A stretch of DNA of 64,000 bases from Minisyncoccota bacterium. Lineage in GTDB: Bacteria; Patescibacteriota; Minisyncoccia; Phycocordibacterales; UBA9973. The position numbers and the translations under genes are program-made. Location of the stretch: contig JBAYKO010000001.1 in NCBI GenBank assembly GCA_041664605.1, positions 9,220 to 73,219 of the forward strand, read 5' to 3'. Under the pieces are notes generated by a model, which worked only from the letters and a program-made list of their open reading frames with translations, had not been told where the DNA came from and ran no database searches. Below, piece by piece: positions 35,260-43,912 of the stretch; position 1 is the stretch's first letter, and the number at the start of each line of letters is the position of its first letter.

Positions 35260-37458
35260 TTATAACTTTCTACTTATTTGGGGCCAGGGTTCTACTATTA
35301 ATAAATTTTTATTTTTTTCTGGTAATAATCCCCAAATTTCTTCCGTAATAAAAGGCATAAAGGGATGAAGACAAACTAAAATTTTATTAAGTGTGTGTAA
35401 TAAAAACTGTCTCCTTGATAATTTTTCTTCTTCTGTTCCATTTTCAAATATTTTTTTACTATCTTCTAAAATTATATCTGCAAATTGGTGCCATGTATAA
35501 TGGTAAATTTTTTCAGAAGCAATATAGAATTTATAGTCGTCCATATCTTTAGTTATATCAACTATTAAATCATGTCTTTCTTTTTGTAAATCTAAATCTT
35601 TTTCCGAATAATTTTCAAAATTTTTGTCATATTTTATTTCTTTTGTGTTATCTAAAACAAATCTTGTTATATTCCAAATTTTATTTGCAAAGTGTTTATA
35701 TCCTTTTATTTCTTCTTCTGCTATTCTCATATCTATTCCAGGGCTTTTTGAAACAATAAGAGACATTCTAACAGCATCAGCTCCGTATTTTTCTATAACT
35801 TCAATAGGATTTATTCCATTGCCGAGTGATTTACTCATTTTCCTTCCTTGTTTATCTTTTACCATTCCATGGAGATAAACAGTGTTAAAAGGTTTTTCTC
35901 CTAAAATATATTCTGACATTAAAATCATTCTAGCTACCCAAAAGAAAAGTATGTCATACATTGTCTCTAGTACATTTGTTGGATGATAAGTTTTTAAATC
36001 TTCGGTTTTTTCCGGCCATCCCAAAGTTGAGAATGTCCAAAGACCAGATGAAAACCAAGTATCAAGTGTATCTTCATCTTGAATCCAGCCATCTTCTTTA
36101 GGTGCTTCTGTATTGCAATAAATTTCTTCACCCTTGTACCAAACAGGAATTCTGTGACCATACCAAATTTGTCTTGAAATACACCAATCACGCAGATTTT
36201 CAATCCAGTGAAAATAAGTTTTATCAAAATAATTAGGAATTAATTTGATTTCTTTATCACGAATTGGTTCCAACATTAATTCTTTAAGACTTTTGTCCCC
36301 GCGATTTTTAATTTTTTTATTAACATCAATAAACCATTGAAGTTTTGGCAATGGTTCAATTGTCCCACCAGTTCTATCCGCAACAGAAATGTTTTGTTCA
36401 ATTTCTTCTTCTTTTTCTAATAACCCTTCTTTTTTTAACCACTCAACAATAATTTCTCTAGCCTCAGTAGTTTTTTTGCCTTTCAAATTTTCGTTATCAA
36501 TCATCATTCGGGCTTTTTCATCAATAACTTGAATAATCGGTAAATTATTTTTTTGCGCCATTTCCCAGTCAATTACACTGTGAGCAGGGGTAACTCCAAG
36601 AGCGCCAGTTCCAAAACCTTTATCAACTTCATAGTCTGCAATTATTTTTATTTCTAATTTAACTCCGCAAAAATTATCTATAGTGTAAGTTTTACCAACA
36701 AATTCTTTGTAACGAGGATCGTCGGGGTGAACAGCAACAGCGGTATCACCAACCTTCGTTTCAGGCCTTGTTGTGGAAATTGAAATAGGGAAGTCTTTCG
36801 AATATTTAAAAGTATAAAATTTTGCTTTATTTGGTTTATGATCAACTTCATCATCAGAAACAACCGTTTGACCTTTGGGATCCCAGTTTACAATTCTAAG
36901 TCCTCTATAAATTAAACCGTCTTCATACATTTGTTTAAATGCTGTGCGAACGGCCAAGTTTCTTTTTTCATCAAATGTAAATGCTTCACGAGACCAATCC
37001 ATAGAAGAGCCCATTTTTTTTAATTGACCGATTATAGTGTTATGACTTTCGTCTGCGAATTTTTCAACTCTTTTTAAAAATTCCTCTCTTCCTAAATCAT
37101 ATCTTGATTTATTTTCTTTTTTTAACAGTTCTTTTTCAACAACTGATTGAGTTGCAATAGCAGCATGGTCAGTTCCTGGAACCCATAAAGTTCTTTTACC
37201 CCTCATTCTATTATAACGGATCATTATATCTTCAATTGTAGTACCTAATGCGTGACCCATGTGTAAAATTCCAGTTACATTAGCTGGGGGAAATGAAATA
37301 CAAAAAGATTCGGCGTTTTTTTCTGTAAAACCTTTTTCTATACAAATATCAGGATTAAAAAGCCCACTTTCTTCCCAAAGTTTATAAATACGAGACTCAG
37401 TTTCTTTTGGGTCATAAGGTTTTAAAAGTTTTTCATTTATATTATTTTCTAGTGCCAT
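35260..37458 (-). CDS. valS: valyl-tRNA synthetase (compact, no C-terminal coiled coil)
   Basis: HIGH motif PPANVTGILHMGHAL; KMSKS motif GRKMSKSLGN; editing domain present; 732 aa. Confidence 0.9.
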   Translation of the reverse strand: MALENNINEKLLKPYDPKETESRIYKLWEESGLFNPDICIEKGFTEKNAESFCISFPPANVTGILHMGHALGTTIEDIMIRYNRMRGKRTLWVPGTDHAAIATQSVVEKELLKKENKSRYDLGREEFLKRVEKFADESHNTIIGQLKKMGSSMDWSREAFTFDEKRNLAVRTAFKQMYEDGLIYRGLRIVNWDPKGQTVVSDDEVDHKPNKAKFYTFKYSKDFPISISTTRPETKVGDTAVAVHPDDPRYKEFVGKTYTIDNFCGVKLEIKIIADYEVDKGFGTGALGVTPAHSVIDWEMAQKNNLPIIQVIDEKARMMIDNENLKGKKTTEAREIIVEWLKKEGLLEKEEEIEQNISVADRTGGTIEPLPKLQWFIDVNKKIKNRGDKSLKELMLEPIRDKEIKLIPNYFDKTYFHWIENLRDWCISRQIWYGHRIPVWYKGEEIYCNTEAPKEDGWIQDEDTLDTWFSSGLWTFSTLGWPEKTEDLKTYHPTNVLETMYDILFFWVARMILMSEYILGEKPFNTVYLHGMVKDKQGRKMSKSLGNGINPIEVIEKYGADAVRMSLIVSKSPGIDMRIAEEEIKGYKHFANKIWNITRFVLDNTKEIKYDKNFENYSEKDLDLQKERHDLIVDITKDMDDYKFYIASEKIYHYTWHQFADIILEDSKKIFENGTEEEKLSRRQFLLHTLNKILVCLHPFMPFITEEIWGLLPEKNKNLLIVEPWPQISRKL

Positions 37459-37543
37459 ATATGGGTATAATATAACATTTTAAAGGGATTTTTGAAATAA
37501 TTTTTGAAACTACACCCGCACACTTAGAATTAAGTGTGCGGGG

Positions 37544-37578
37544 TTGACAAAAAAACTAGGTTTGTTATACTGTATGCA
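37544..37578 (+). promoter_or_regulatory. sigma70-like promoter candidate (TTGACA, about 16 nt, TATACT)
   Basis: ttgacaaaaaaactaggtttgttatact. Confidence 0.4.
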
Positions 37579-37584
37579 GATTTG

Positions 37585-38086
37585 ATGGTCGTTTTATTAA
37601 ACTCTCTTTAAACAGTAGTTGGCTAGCGCAGGCCCATCCCGCGGAAACATTAGGGTGAGACTCCCTATAGAAAACGAGCTAGCCAATTGCTGATGGATTT
37701 TAATAAACACTTTAGTTTTTTAAATAATATAAATTTATAAAGATAGTAGTTGGTCACCATAGGCTGTGACAACTCAGGCATTGTTAGTTTGATTCTTAAT
37801 AACTTTGCCAACATGGATTATCTGATGATCAGGGATCCAGTGTCTTTCAGACAAACAAAGGTTCATCTTTCATTTTTAAGAATCCGAAAGAAATCCACGA
37901 TGGAATTCTTCTCGTCATTAAATTTGGATCTTTGTTTTTCTTTTTTAAATATATTTTCCAGACAAGGTTTTACCTTGAAAGGACTTTGTGGGAAGACCCA
38001 CTGTTACTAAAAAGAAAAGCCTCCAGAATGGAAGGAGAAACGGCTTTTAGAGACACACACGCGAGTAATCGCGTGTTTTTGTTTTT
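37585..38086 (+). ncRNA. candidate structured non-coding RNA, family unidentified
   Basis: No plausible ORF. A 10-bp long-range helix gttggctagc/gctagccaat encloses a GC-rich core. Several further hairpins follow. The stretch ends at the intrinsic terminator 38057..38086. Confidence 0.35.
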
Positions 38087-38157
38087 ATTGACAAAAACAT
38101 TTAATATGATAAATTATCAAACAGATAAATAAGTTATTCACGTTAAATATTCTGTGT

Positions 38158-38370
38158 ATGGAAAATTTCAAAACTCCCAAAATAAGTATTAATTTTATCC
38201 CATGGCTTTTGTTTGTGGGAATATGGACTGCATCACTCTTTATGAATGTATTTGTGTTTAGAACAGATACTTATCTGTATGTGAACGTAGTAGTTTCGAT
38301 TCCCCTCACTATTTGGGGAATTGCGTTGTGGATAAAAGATCACAGAATGAAACATTATCGTTTGTCGTGA
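38158..38370 (+). CDS. small two-TM membrane protein, hypothetical
   Basis: 70-aa ORF preceded by a promoter-like TTGACA. Confidence 0.3.
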   Translation: MENFKTPKISINFIPWLLFVGIWTASLFMNVFVFRTDTYLYVNVVVSIPLTIWGIALWIKDHRMKHYRLS

Positions 38371-38459
38371 TTTTTAAACATTAAATTATTAAAAACACCC
38401 TTTCATGGGTGTTTTTGTTTTTATTCCTCACAATTTTAATTTTTAAAATAGTGAGGGGT

Positions 38460-39653
38460 TTACAATTCCAAATTTCCCTGAGCTCTCAAGGTTTTTGAAC
38501 TTACATTTTTAGATTTACTTCTAAAAAATCCGGCGATTGCTATCATTATAGAATTATCGGTTGATAGATCTTTGGCAGGGAAGTAGACTTTTAATTTTTT
38601 TGTATTTTTACAAACTTCTGTAAATGTTTCTCGAATTTTTTGATTAGCTGAAACTCCACCCCCAATAATTAAAGTTTTTGCTTTGTATTTTTCTACAGCA
38701 CCCATAGTTTTTTTAATCAAAACTTCTACAACGGAATCTTCAAACTCTTTTGCAATGTCTTTTTTCATTTGGTCATTTTGCAAAATGTTTGAATGTTGTT
38801 TCTCAAGATTGCGAATTAAATAAAAAACTGCAGTTTTTAATCCGGAAAAAGAAAAATCAAAATCTTTGGAATTTATCATAGGTCGGGGGAGCTTAATCAA
38901 ATCATTTTGTTTTCCGTTTTTTGCTAATTTTGAAATTTGTGGGCCACCAGGATAAGGAAGTCCAAGCATTCTAGCAACCTTGTCAAAAGCTTCACCAACT
39001 GCGTCGTCTCTCGTTTTTCCAATAACTTTATATTTTAACCAGTCTTTCATCAAAACAATTTCTGTATGCCCACCACTTATAAGTAGAGCCATAGCAGGGA
39101 ATTGAACTTTATTAATTTTTTTATCATCAATTAAAGTAGAAACCATATGACCTTCCATATGATTTACTGGGATTAATTTTTTTTTCCAAACAAAAGATAA
39201 AGCTTTTGCAAAATTCAGTCCAACCCAAAGTGCTGGCTCAAGTCCTGGTCCATAAGTAACAGCAATTGCATCAATTTTTGGAATTTTGATTTTGGGAATA
39301 AGATTTAAAAATTTTTCTAATAGTTCTGGTTCTCTTTCTAATATTTTATTTATTTTGTCATTTTGCAAAATGTTTGAATGTTGTTTTCGAAGAACTAAAA
39401 GTCTTGCTTCTTTTAAGACTCTTTCTAAAATAGGTATGATATTTTTTGAGTGTTCTCTTTTTGCCATCATAGGAAAAACACCCCCATACTTTTCATGGAT
39501 TTTAATTTGTGAAGCCACTTCATTCCCAAGAATTTTAAATTTTGCCTGCCCGCCAAAGCCTTGGCGACGGCGGGGATGTTTAATTGTCCCCGAAGCTTCT
39601 ATTATACTTATTGCTGTTTCATCACATGATGTCTCGATACTTAAAATTTTCAT
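38460..39653 (-). CDS. tsaD: tRNA N6-adenosine threonylcarbamoyltransferase TsaD (carries two short duplicated insertions)
   Basis: MKILSIETSCDETA..., HMEGH metal site, GGVSAN; 397 aa versus about 340 typical. Confidence 0.85.
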   Translation of the reverse strand: MKILSIETSCDETAISIIEASGTIKHPRRRQGFGGQAKFKILGNEVASQIKIHEKYGGVFPMMAKREHSKNIIPILERVLKEARLLVLRKQHSNILQNDKINKILEREPELLEKFLNLIPKIKIPKIDAIAVTYGPGLEPALWVGLNFAKALSFVWKKKLIPVNHMEGHMVSTLIDDKKINKVQFPAMALLISGGHTEIVLMKDWLKYKVIGKTRDDAVGEAFDKVARMLGLPYPGGPQISKLAKNGKQNDLIKLPRPMINSKDFDFSFSGLKTAVFYLIRNLEKQHSNILQNDQMKKDIAKEFEDSVVEVLIKKTMGAVEKYKAKTLIIGGGVSANQKIRETFTEVCKNTKKLKVYFPAKDLSTDNSIMIAIAGFFRSKSKNVSSKTLRAQGNLEL

Positions 39654-39831
39654 AATTAAAATCTAACGTATTTTTAATAAAAATACTATATCTGTTGTGG
39701 CTAGAAATAATTTTGTCGCCGTCGCTCAAAAATTTTTCCAGCCCTGACTCGTCTGTTTTTTCTACTGAAAAAACATGACTCCGTCTCTCACAGCTAAAAA
39801 ATTCAAAGTAGTTTGAATTTTTCTTTACGCT

Positions 39832-39905
39832 GTGAGCGGTAGAAGGATCGGACTTCTGACCTCTTCGATGTCAACGAAGCGCTCTACCACTGAGCTAACC
39901 GCTCC
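39832..39905 (-). tRNA. tRNA-Val (anticodon GAC), with a non-canonical T-loop and a G1-A72 mismatch
   Basis: The reverse complement reads GGAGCGGTTAGCTCAGTGGTAGAGCGCTTCGTTGACATCGAAG...CTTCTACCGCTCA, with the anticodon loop ttGACat. Confidence 0.6.
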
Positions 39906-39920
39906 AAAATTAAACACAAA

Positions 39921-39968
39921 CGCTCTACTTCACCCCGCCATGGCGGGGCAGGCTGAGCTAACCGCTCA
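39921..39968 (-). other. duplicated 5' fragment of tRNA-Val (16 nt, with a T at position 1) plus a GC hairpin insertion
   Basis: minus strand tgagcggttagctcag-cctgccccgccatggcggggtgaag-tagagcg. Confidence 0.6.
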
Positions 39969-40050
39969 TATTTTATAAGATTACATTATTTTTTTTAAAA
40001 AACAAATTTGATGTATAATCAAAGTAGATGATCTTAAAAAGGATATAATT

Positions 40051-40542
40051 ATGAAAAAGAGAGTTTACTTCATTGCTTTTGATAATCCTCTCGTCAAGGT
40101 TTGTACAAGTGGAGTTTTTCCTTTAGAAATAGTTGTAGATTTGACAAGACTTTATGATAATGGAGATTTAAAAAGAGAAATGAGATGGCAATTTTTTGGT
40201 GAATTAGAAGATGGTTCTTTTGATTTAATAATAATTAAAGAAGATATTTTTCAAGCTATTGAGGAGTTTTTTGCTTCTGAATTCAAAACTTTGATACTTT
40301 TTTTTAATAATAAATATTTGTCTTATTTTAAAGAAGTGACAAAAGAACAAGAAGAATATATATTACAGACGACAGAAATAATTTTTTGTGATGATGTTCT
40401 TAATCTAAACTTGGGGGAATATTTAAAAAAGAAAAAGATTCTCTGCACTCTTAATTTTGAAGGAGAAAGACTCAGTATTAATAGAATTTCTACTGAAGAC
40501 ATACCAAATTCTTTTTCAAAAAAATTTATTCCATTAAATTAA
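40051..40542 (+). CDS. hypothetical protein
   Basis: 163-aa ORF followed by a terminator hairpin. Confidence 0.4.
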   Translation: MKKRVYFIAFDNPLVKVCTSGVFPLEIVVDLTRLYDNGDLKREMRWQFFGELEDGSFDLIIIKEDIFQAIEEFFASEFKTLILFFNNKYLSYFKEVTKEQEEYILQTTEIIFCDDVLNLNLGEYLKKKKILCTLNFEGERLSINRISTEDIPNSFSKKFIPLN

Positions 40543-40631
40543 AAAAATCCGCCACAAGCGGATTTTTCTTATTCTTGATATTTTTATATTTTATGGTAAT
40601 ATTAAATCAGATGTTTTAAAAAGTTATTTTT

Positions 40632-40982
40632 ATGGATACTCCAACGATAATTTCTTTATTACTTATTTTTATAATAATAAGTAGTCTTATTGTAAGAATT
40701 GTTGATGAAATATTTGGGAGAACAACCCTCATAGAAGGAGAGGTTTATTACAAAAAAGAGGAAACTTTTTCCTCGAGTATTAATGACGACAGTGGTTTAC
40801 CCATTATTTGTCAAAATATGAAATCATTTTTCCTTTACTTGAAAGTAAAGGAAAAGAAGAGAAAAATTTCTGTTGATTTACAAGATTTTAATAAGGTTAT
40901 AAATGGAACATATAAATTTTCCTTTAAAGAAGGGCTTGTCTCCAAAAAACTTTATTATCAAAAGATTCTCTTTAATGATTAA
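40632..40982 (+). CDS. hypothetical protein with an N-terminal TM helix
   Basis: 116-aa ORF. Confidence 0.35.
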   Translation: MDTPTIISLLLIFIIISSLIVRIVDEIFGRTTLIEGEVYYKKEETFSSSINDDSGLPIICQNMKSFFLYLKVKEKKRKISVDLQDFNKVINGTYKFSFKEGLVSKKLYYQKILFND

Positions 40983-41037
40983 TAAAAAGACATAAAGATG
41001 TTACCTAAAACCCCGCACAATGCGGGGTTTAACTTTG

Positions 41038-41124
41038 CGGAGGTGGGAGGATTTGAACCTCCGATCCACTTGCGCGGATTCCGCGTTTCGAGTGCGGTGC
41101 CTTCAACCACTCAGCCACACCTCC
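41038..41124 (-). tRNA. tRNA-Ser (anticodon CGA), type II with a long variable arm
   Basis: reverse complement GGAGGTGTGGCTGAGTGGTTGAAGGC...ctCGAaa...GGTTCAAATCCTCCCACCTCCG. Confidence 0.75.
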
Positions 41125-41215
41125 GTGAACTTTTCTACTATAACATTTTTGCTATTTTTATTAAAAATGTTATTATATTTTCTAGTTTTTAAAAATCAAA
41201 AATAAAATATTATTT

Positions 41216-41275
41216 GGCCCTATCGTCCCTGCCAGCCCTCACGATAGTTCGGGAGCAGGCTGGTAACGGTTAGGA
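41216..41275 (+). other. duplicated 5' fragment of tRNA-Glu interrupted by a 36-nt GC-rich hairpin
   Basis: ggccctatcgtc-[cctgccagccctcacgatagttcgggagcaggctgg]-taacggttagga, compared with the intact ggccctatcgtctaacggttagga at 41526. Confidence 0.65.
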
Positions 41276-41285
41276 TATAAAAATT

Positions 41286-41540
41286 ATGTATTTTGTGTAT
41301 GTTTTAAAAAGCAAAATTGATAATAAACTTTATTATGGTTTTACTAATGATTTAGAAAGAAGAGTTAGAGAACATAATAATAAAGAAGTGAGAGCAACAA
41401 GGCCTAGAGTTCCTCTTGAATTGATTTACTTTGAAAATGTAGATAATATAGAAAAAGCAAGAAAAAGAGAAAAATATTTTAAAAGTGGTTTTGGAAGAAA
41501 ATATATAAAAAACAAAATATTATTTGGCCCTATCGTCTAA
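41286..41540 (+). CDS. GIY-YIG nuclease family protein (YhbQ/UPF0213-like)
   Basis: YFVYVLKS...LYYGFTNDLERRVREHN; 84 aa; the stop codon lies inside the 5' end of tRNA-Glu. Confidence 0.7.
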   Translation: MYFVYVLKSKIDNKLYYGFTNDLERRVREHNNKEVRATRPRVPLELIYFENVDNIEKARKREKYFKSGFGRKYIKNKILFGPIV

Positions 41541-41597
41541 CGGTTAGGACATCGGCTTTTCAAGCCGGTAATCCGGGTTCGATTCCCGGTAGGGTCA
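41526..41597 (+). tRNA. tRNA-Glu (anticodon TTC)
   Basis: GGCCCTATCGTCTAACGGTTAGGAC; anticodon loop ttTTCaa; T-arm GGGTTCGATTCCC. Confidence 0.85.
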
Positions 41598-41699
41598 CAG
41601 CTTATTTTAACCTTATTATGTAAGGGGTATTTTTTGTTGACAAAAGATGGATAATTTGATATCTTGTGAATAGAAAAAGTTATTTTAAATGATGAAAGT

Positions 41700-42149
41700 A
41701 TGGTAGTTTCAAGAAAAAGTTGGCATTTTAATTTAGTAAAACACAAAAGTTTTGTTTCGGAATCCAAGTGTGATAACAAAGATGCAACTAATTATATTGC
41801 AGAAGTAATATTAAGTCTCTGGCTTATCACAGTTTTTGGCTTAATGATTTTTACTACTTTAATTGGGATTGCTTCAGCTCAACCTGGTTCAGGTTTTGGA
41901 GCTTTTATTATAGAATACAAAAAAATCGTAGTGATTATTTTTGCTATTTTTATAACCCTTCCTATTTGGAGTTGTATTTTTTTAATAATAATTGAACCCC
42001 TTACGAAAAAGTCTTGGAGAAGATTAAGAATTACAGGAAGAACATGGGATGAATATTTTACAAATCTTAGAAGCTTAAGAAATGTAAAAACTCCCGAAAA
42101 AGAAGCGGAGTCTTTTAAATCTGAATCTTCCATTGTTCCTACTAATTAA
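41700..42149 (+). CDS. hypothetical membrane protein
   Basis: 149 aa with about 3 TM helices. Confidence 0.4.
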   Translation: MVVSRKSWHFNLVKHKSFVSESKCDNKDATNYIAEVILSLWLITVFGLMIFTTLIGIASAQPGSGFGAFIIEYKKIVVIIFAIFITLPIWSCIFLIIIEPLTKKSWRRLRITGRTWDEYFTNLRSLRNVKTPEKEAESFKSESSIVPTN

Positions 42150-42224
42150 AAACATCATTATTTCCCAACCCCCAGAAATGGGGGTTTTGGTTTTCCTTAG
42201 AGATGTTGTCAAATAGTTTTAATT

Positions 42225-42629
42225 ATGCTAATTTTAAGGCAGAAAAGTTGTTTAAAATTAGTAAAAATGCAAAAGATCATCAATAAAATAGAGGGTCTTT
42301 TTAAGATACCTTTTTGGCATGTCATTTTATTTTCTTTATTATTTTTAACTATTGCGTTAAATTCAGTTCTTGGAGTTATAAAAGCTGAAACAATAACAGA
42401 GAAATTTTTTCAAGGATTTTATTATATTCACAATATTGATTATCCCAGAATTCTTATTCAATGTGTGGTTGTGCCTTTTATTTTCTTTTCTCTTGTTTGG
42501 ATTATTTTAAAAAAAATTAATAATAAACAGACAAAAGAAAATGATTATTTAATGGTTCTTTTCCAGCTTTATATTTATAATCTATTAGCAGGAGCAATAA
42601 CTATGCTGATACTAGCTTTCGTACATTAA
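42225..42629 (+). CDS. hypothetical membrane protein
   Basis: 134 aa with about 3 TM helices; flanked by mirror-image terminator hairpins ccccc-agaaat-ggggg and ccccc-atttct-ggggg. Confidence 0.4.
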   Translation: MLILRQKSCLKLVKMQKIINKIEGLFKIPFWHVILFSLLFLTIALNSVLGVIKAETITEKFFQGFYYIHNIDYPRILIQCVVVPFIFFSLVWIILKKINNKQTKENDYLMVLFQLYIYNLLAGAITMLILAFVH

Positions 42630-42915
42630 ATTTTTTAAAAAGAAAATTAATTTTTGTTTTAAAACCCCCCATTTCTGGGGGTTTTAGTTTTTCATGTATA
42701 AGAGATTGAGTAATTTTTCCCCATATATACAAAATTACACCCTGTGATATTATTTACATTATGTTTAGAATAATCGCCTATATCTTATTTTTTCCGCTGA
42801 TGTTTCTCCATGCTGGTCTTGGATGGGTGGTTGAACAACTTTCTGAACACATAGATTAAATATTTGAAATTAAAAAATCCCCTTCTGTTTACACCGAAGG
42901 GGATTTTTTTAAAGT

Positions 42916-43842
42916 TTATTTATTATGAAGATAAATATAAATATTTTCTAGTGCCTTTATTGCATCTCCAGCAGCAATCATGTTTTGGTGATATATTCCA
43001 TCAGAACAATCTCCAGCTGCCCAAATTCCTGGGACAGAGGCCGTTTGAGTTTTAGGGTCAACTATGATTTTTCCATAGGCATCAAGGATTACTAAATCTT
43101 TTACAAAATCGGTATTTGCAATTTGTCCGATTTCAACAAATATTCCTGTGGTATTTATTTCGTGGTTTTCTCCCGTCTTTAAATCTTTGTAAACCAAACT
43201 TTTTACGAAATCGTCACCTTTAACCTCAACTGTCTCTGCACTTGTTATGGTTTTAGCTTTTGGATTATTTAAAACTTTTTCAACTGTAATTTTATCTGCT
43301 TTAAAATCTGGGCTATGGTGAATAATTGTTACGCTTTTTGAGTAAGCTAAGAGTTGAGCAGCTGATTCAAAACCAGCATTACCTCCACCAATTACAACAA
43401 CATCTTGATCTGAAAACATTGGACCATCACAAGTAGCACAATAGGTGAGTCCTTTGTGTTCAAATTTGTCGGCTCCAGGGACTTCTAATTTTCTTCGTCC
43501 ACTGCCGGTTACTACAAGAATAGCTTTTGCTTCATAAACATTTTTTCCATCAGTTTCAATGGAAAAATTTTCTCCGCTCTTTTTAATAGATAAAACTTTT
43601 TCTCCTTCCTTTATCTCTAAAACATCACTTTTGTATGCCTCAACATGTTTTTTAAAATTTTCAGCTAAATCAGTCCCGCTTATAGAAATATTTCCTGTCC
43701 AATTTTGAATATTAGGAGAAACAATAGATTGTCCTCCGAAATCAGGAGTAATAAGGATAGTTTTTATTTTTTTTCTGGCTGCGTAAACCGAAGCAGAAGC
43801 TCCAGCTGGACCGCCACCGATTATTGCAAGTTCGTATAACAT
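42916..43842 (-). CDS. trxB: thioredoxin reductase
   Basis: FAD-binding motif IIGGGPAG, redox-active CATCDG, NAD(P)-binding motif VVIGGGNAG. Confidence 0.85.
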   Translation of the reverse strand: MLYELAIIGGGPAGASASVYAARKKIKTILITPDFGGQSIVSPNIQNWTGNISISGTDLAENFKKHVEAYKSDVLEIKEGEKVLSIKKSGENFSIETDGKNVYEAKAILVVTGSGRRKLEVPGADKFEHKGLTYCATCDGPMFSDQDVVVIGGGNAGFESAAQLLAYSKSVTIIHHSPDFKADKITVEKVLNNPKAKTITSAETVEVKGDDFVKSLVYKDLKTGENHEINTTGIFVEIGQIANTDFVKDLVILDAYGKIIVDPKTQTASVPGIWAAGDCSDGIYHQNMIAAGDAIKALENIYIYLHNK

Positions 43843-43912
43843 AAATTTTATTCTATCAAAAAACACACAAAAACAAAACACCCAGATTTGGGTGTTTTGT
43901 TTTTGTGTGTTT

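Noticed and set aside
37601-37700. T-box riboswitch for valS (contains AUUAGGGUG and CCGCGG, adjacent to an aaRS gene)
   Set aside because: The motif is on the plus strand and valS is on the minus strand. The element order (CCGCGG before AUUAGGGUG) is the reverse of a T-box, and there is no specifier or antiterminator arrangement.
37750-38132. 86-aa and 66-aa ORFs between valS and tsaD
   Set aside because: Composition is not protein-like. The region is better explained as a structured ncRNA with its own promoter and terminator.
40998-41205. Two overlapping 61-64-aa ORFs
   Set aside because: They cover tRNA-Ser (41038..41124, minus strand). The translation is low-complexity, so they are spurious.
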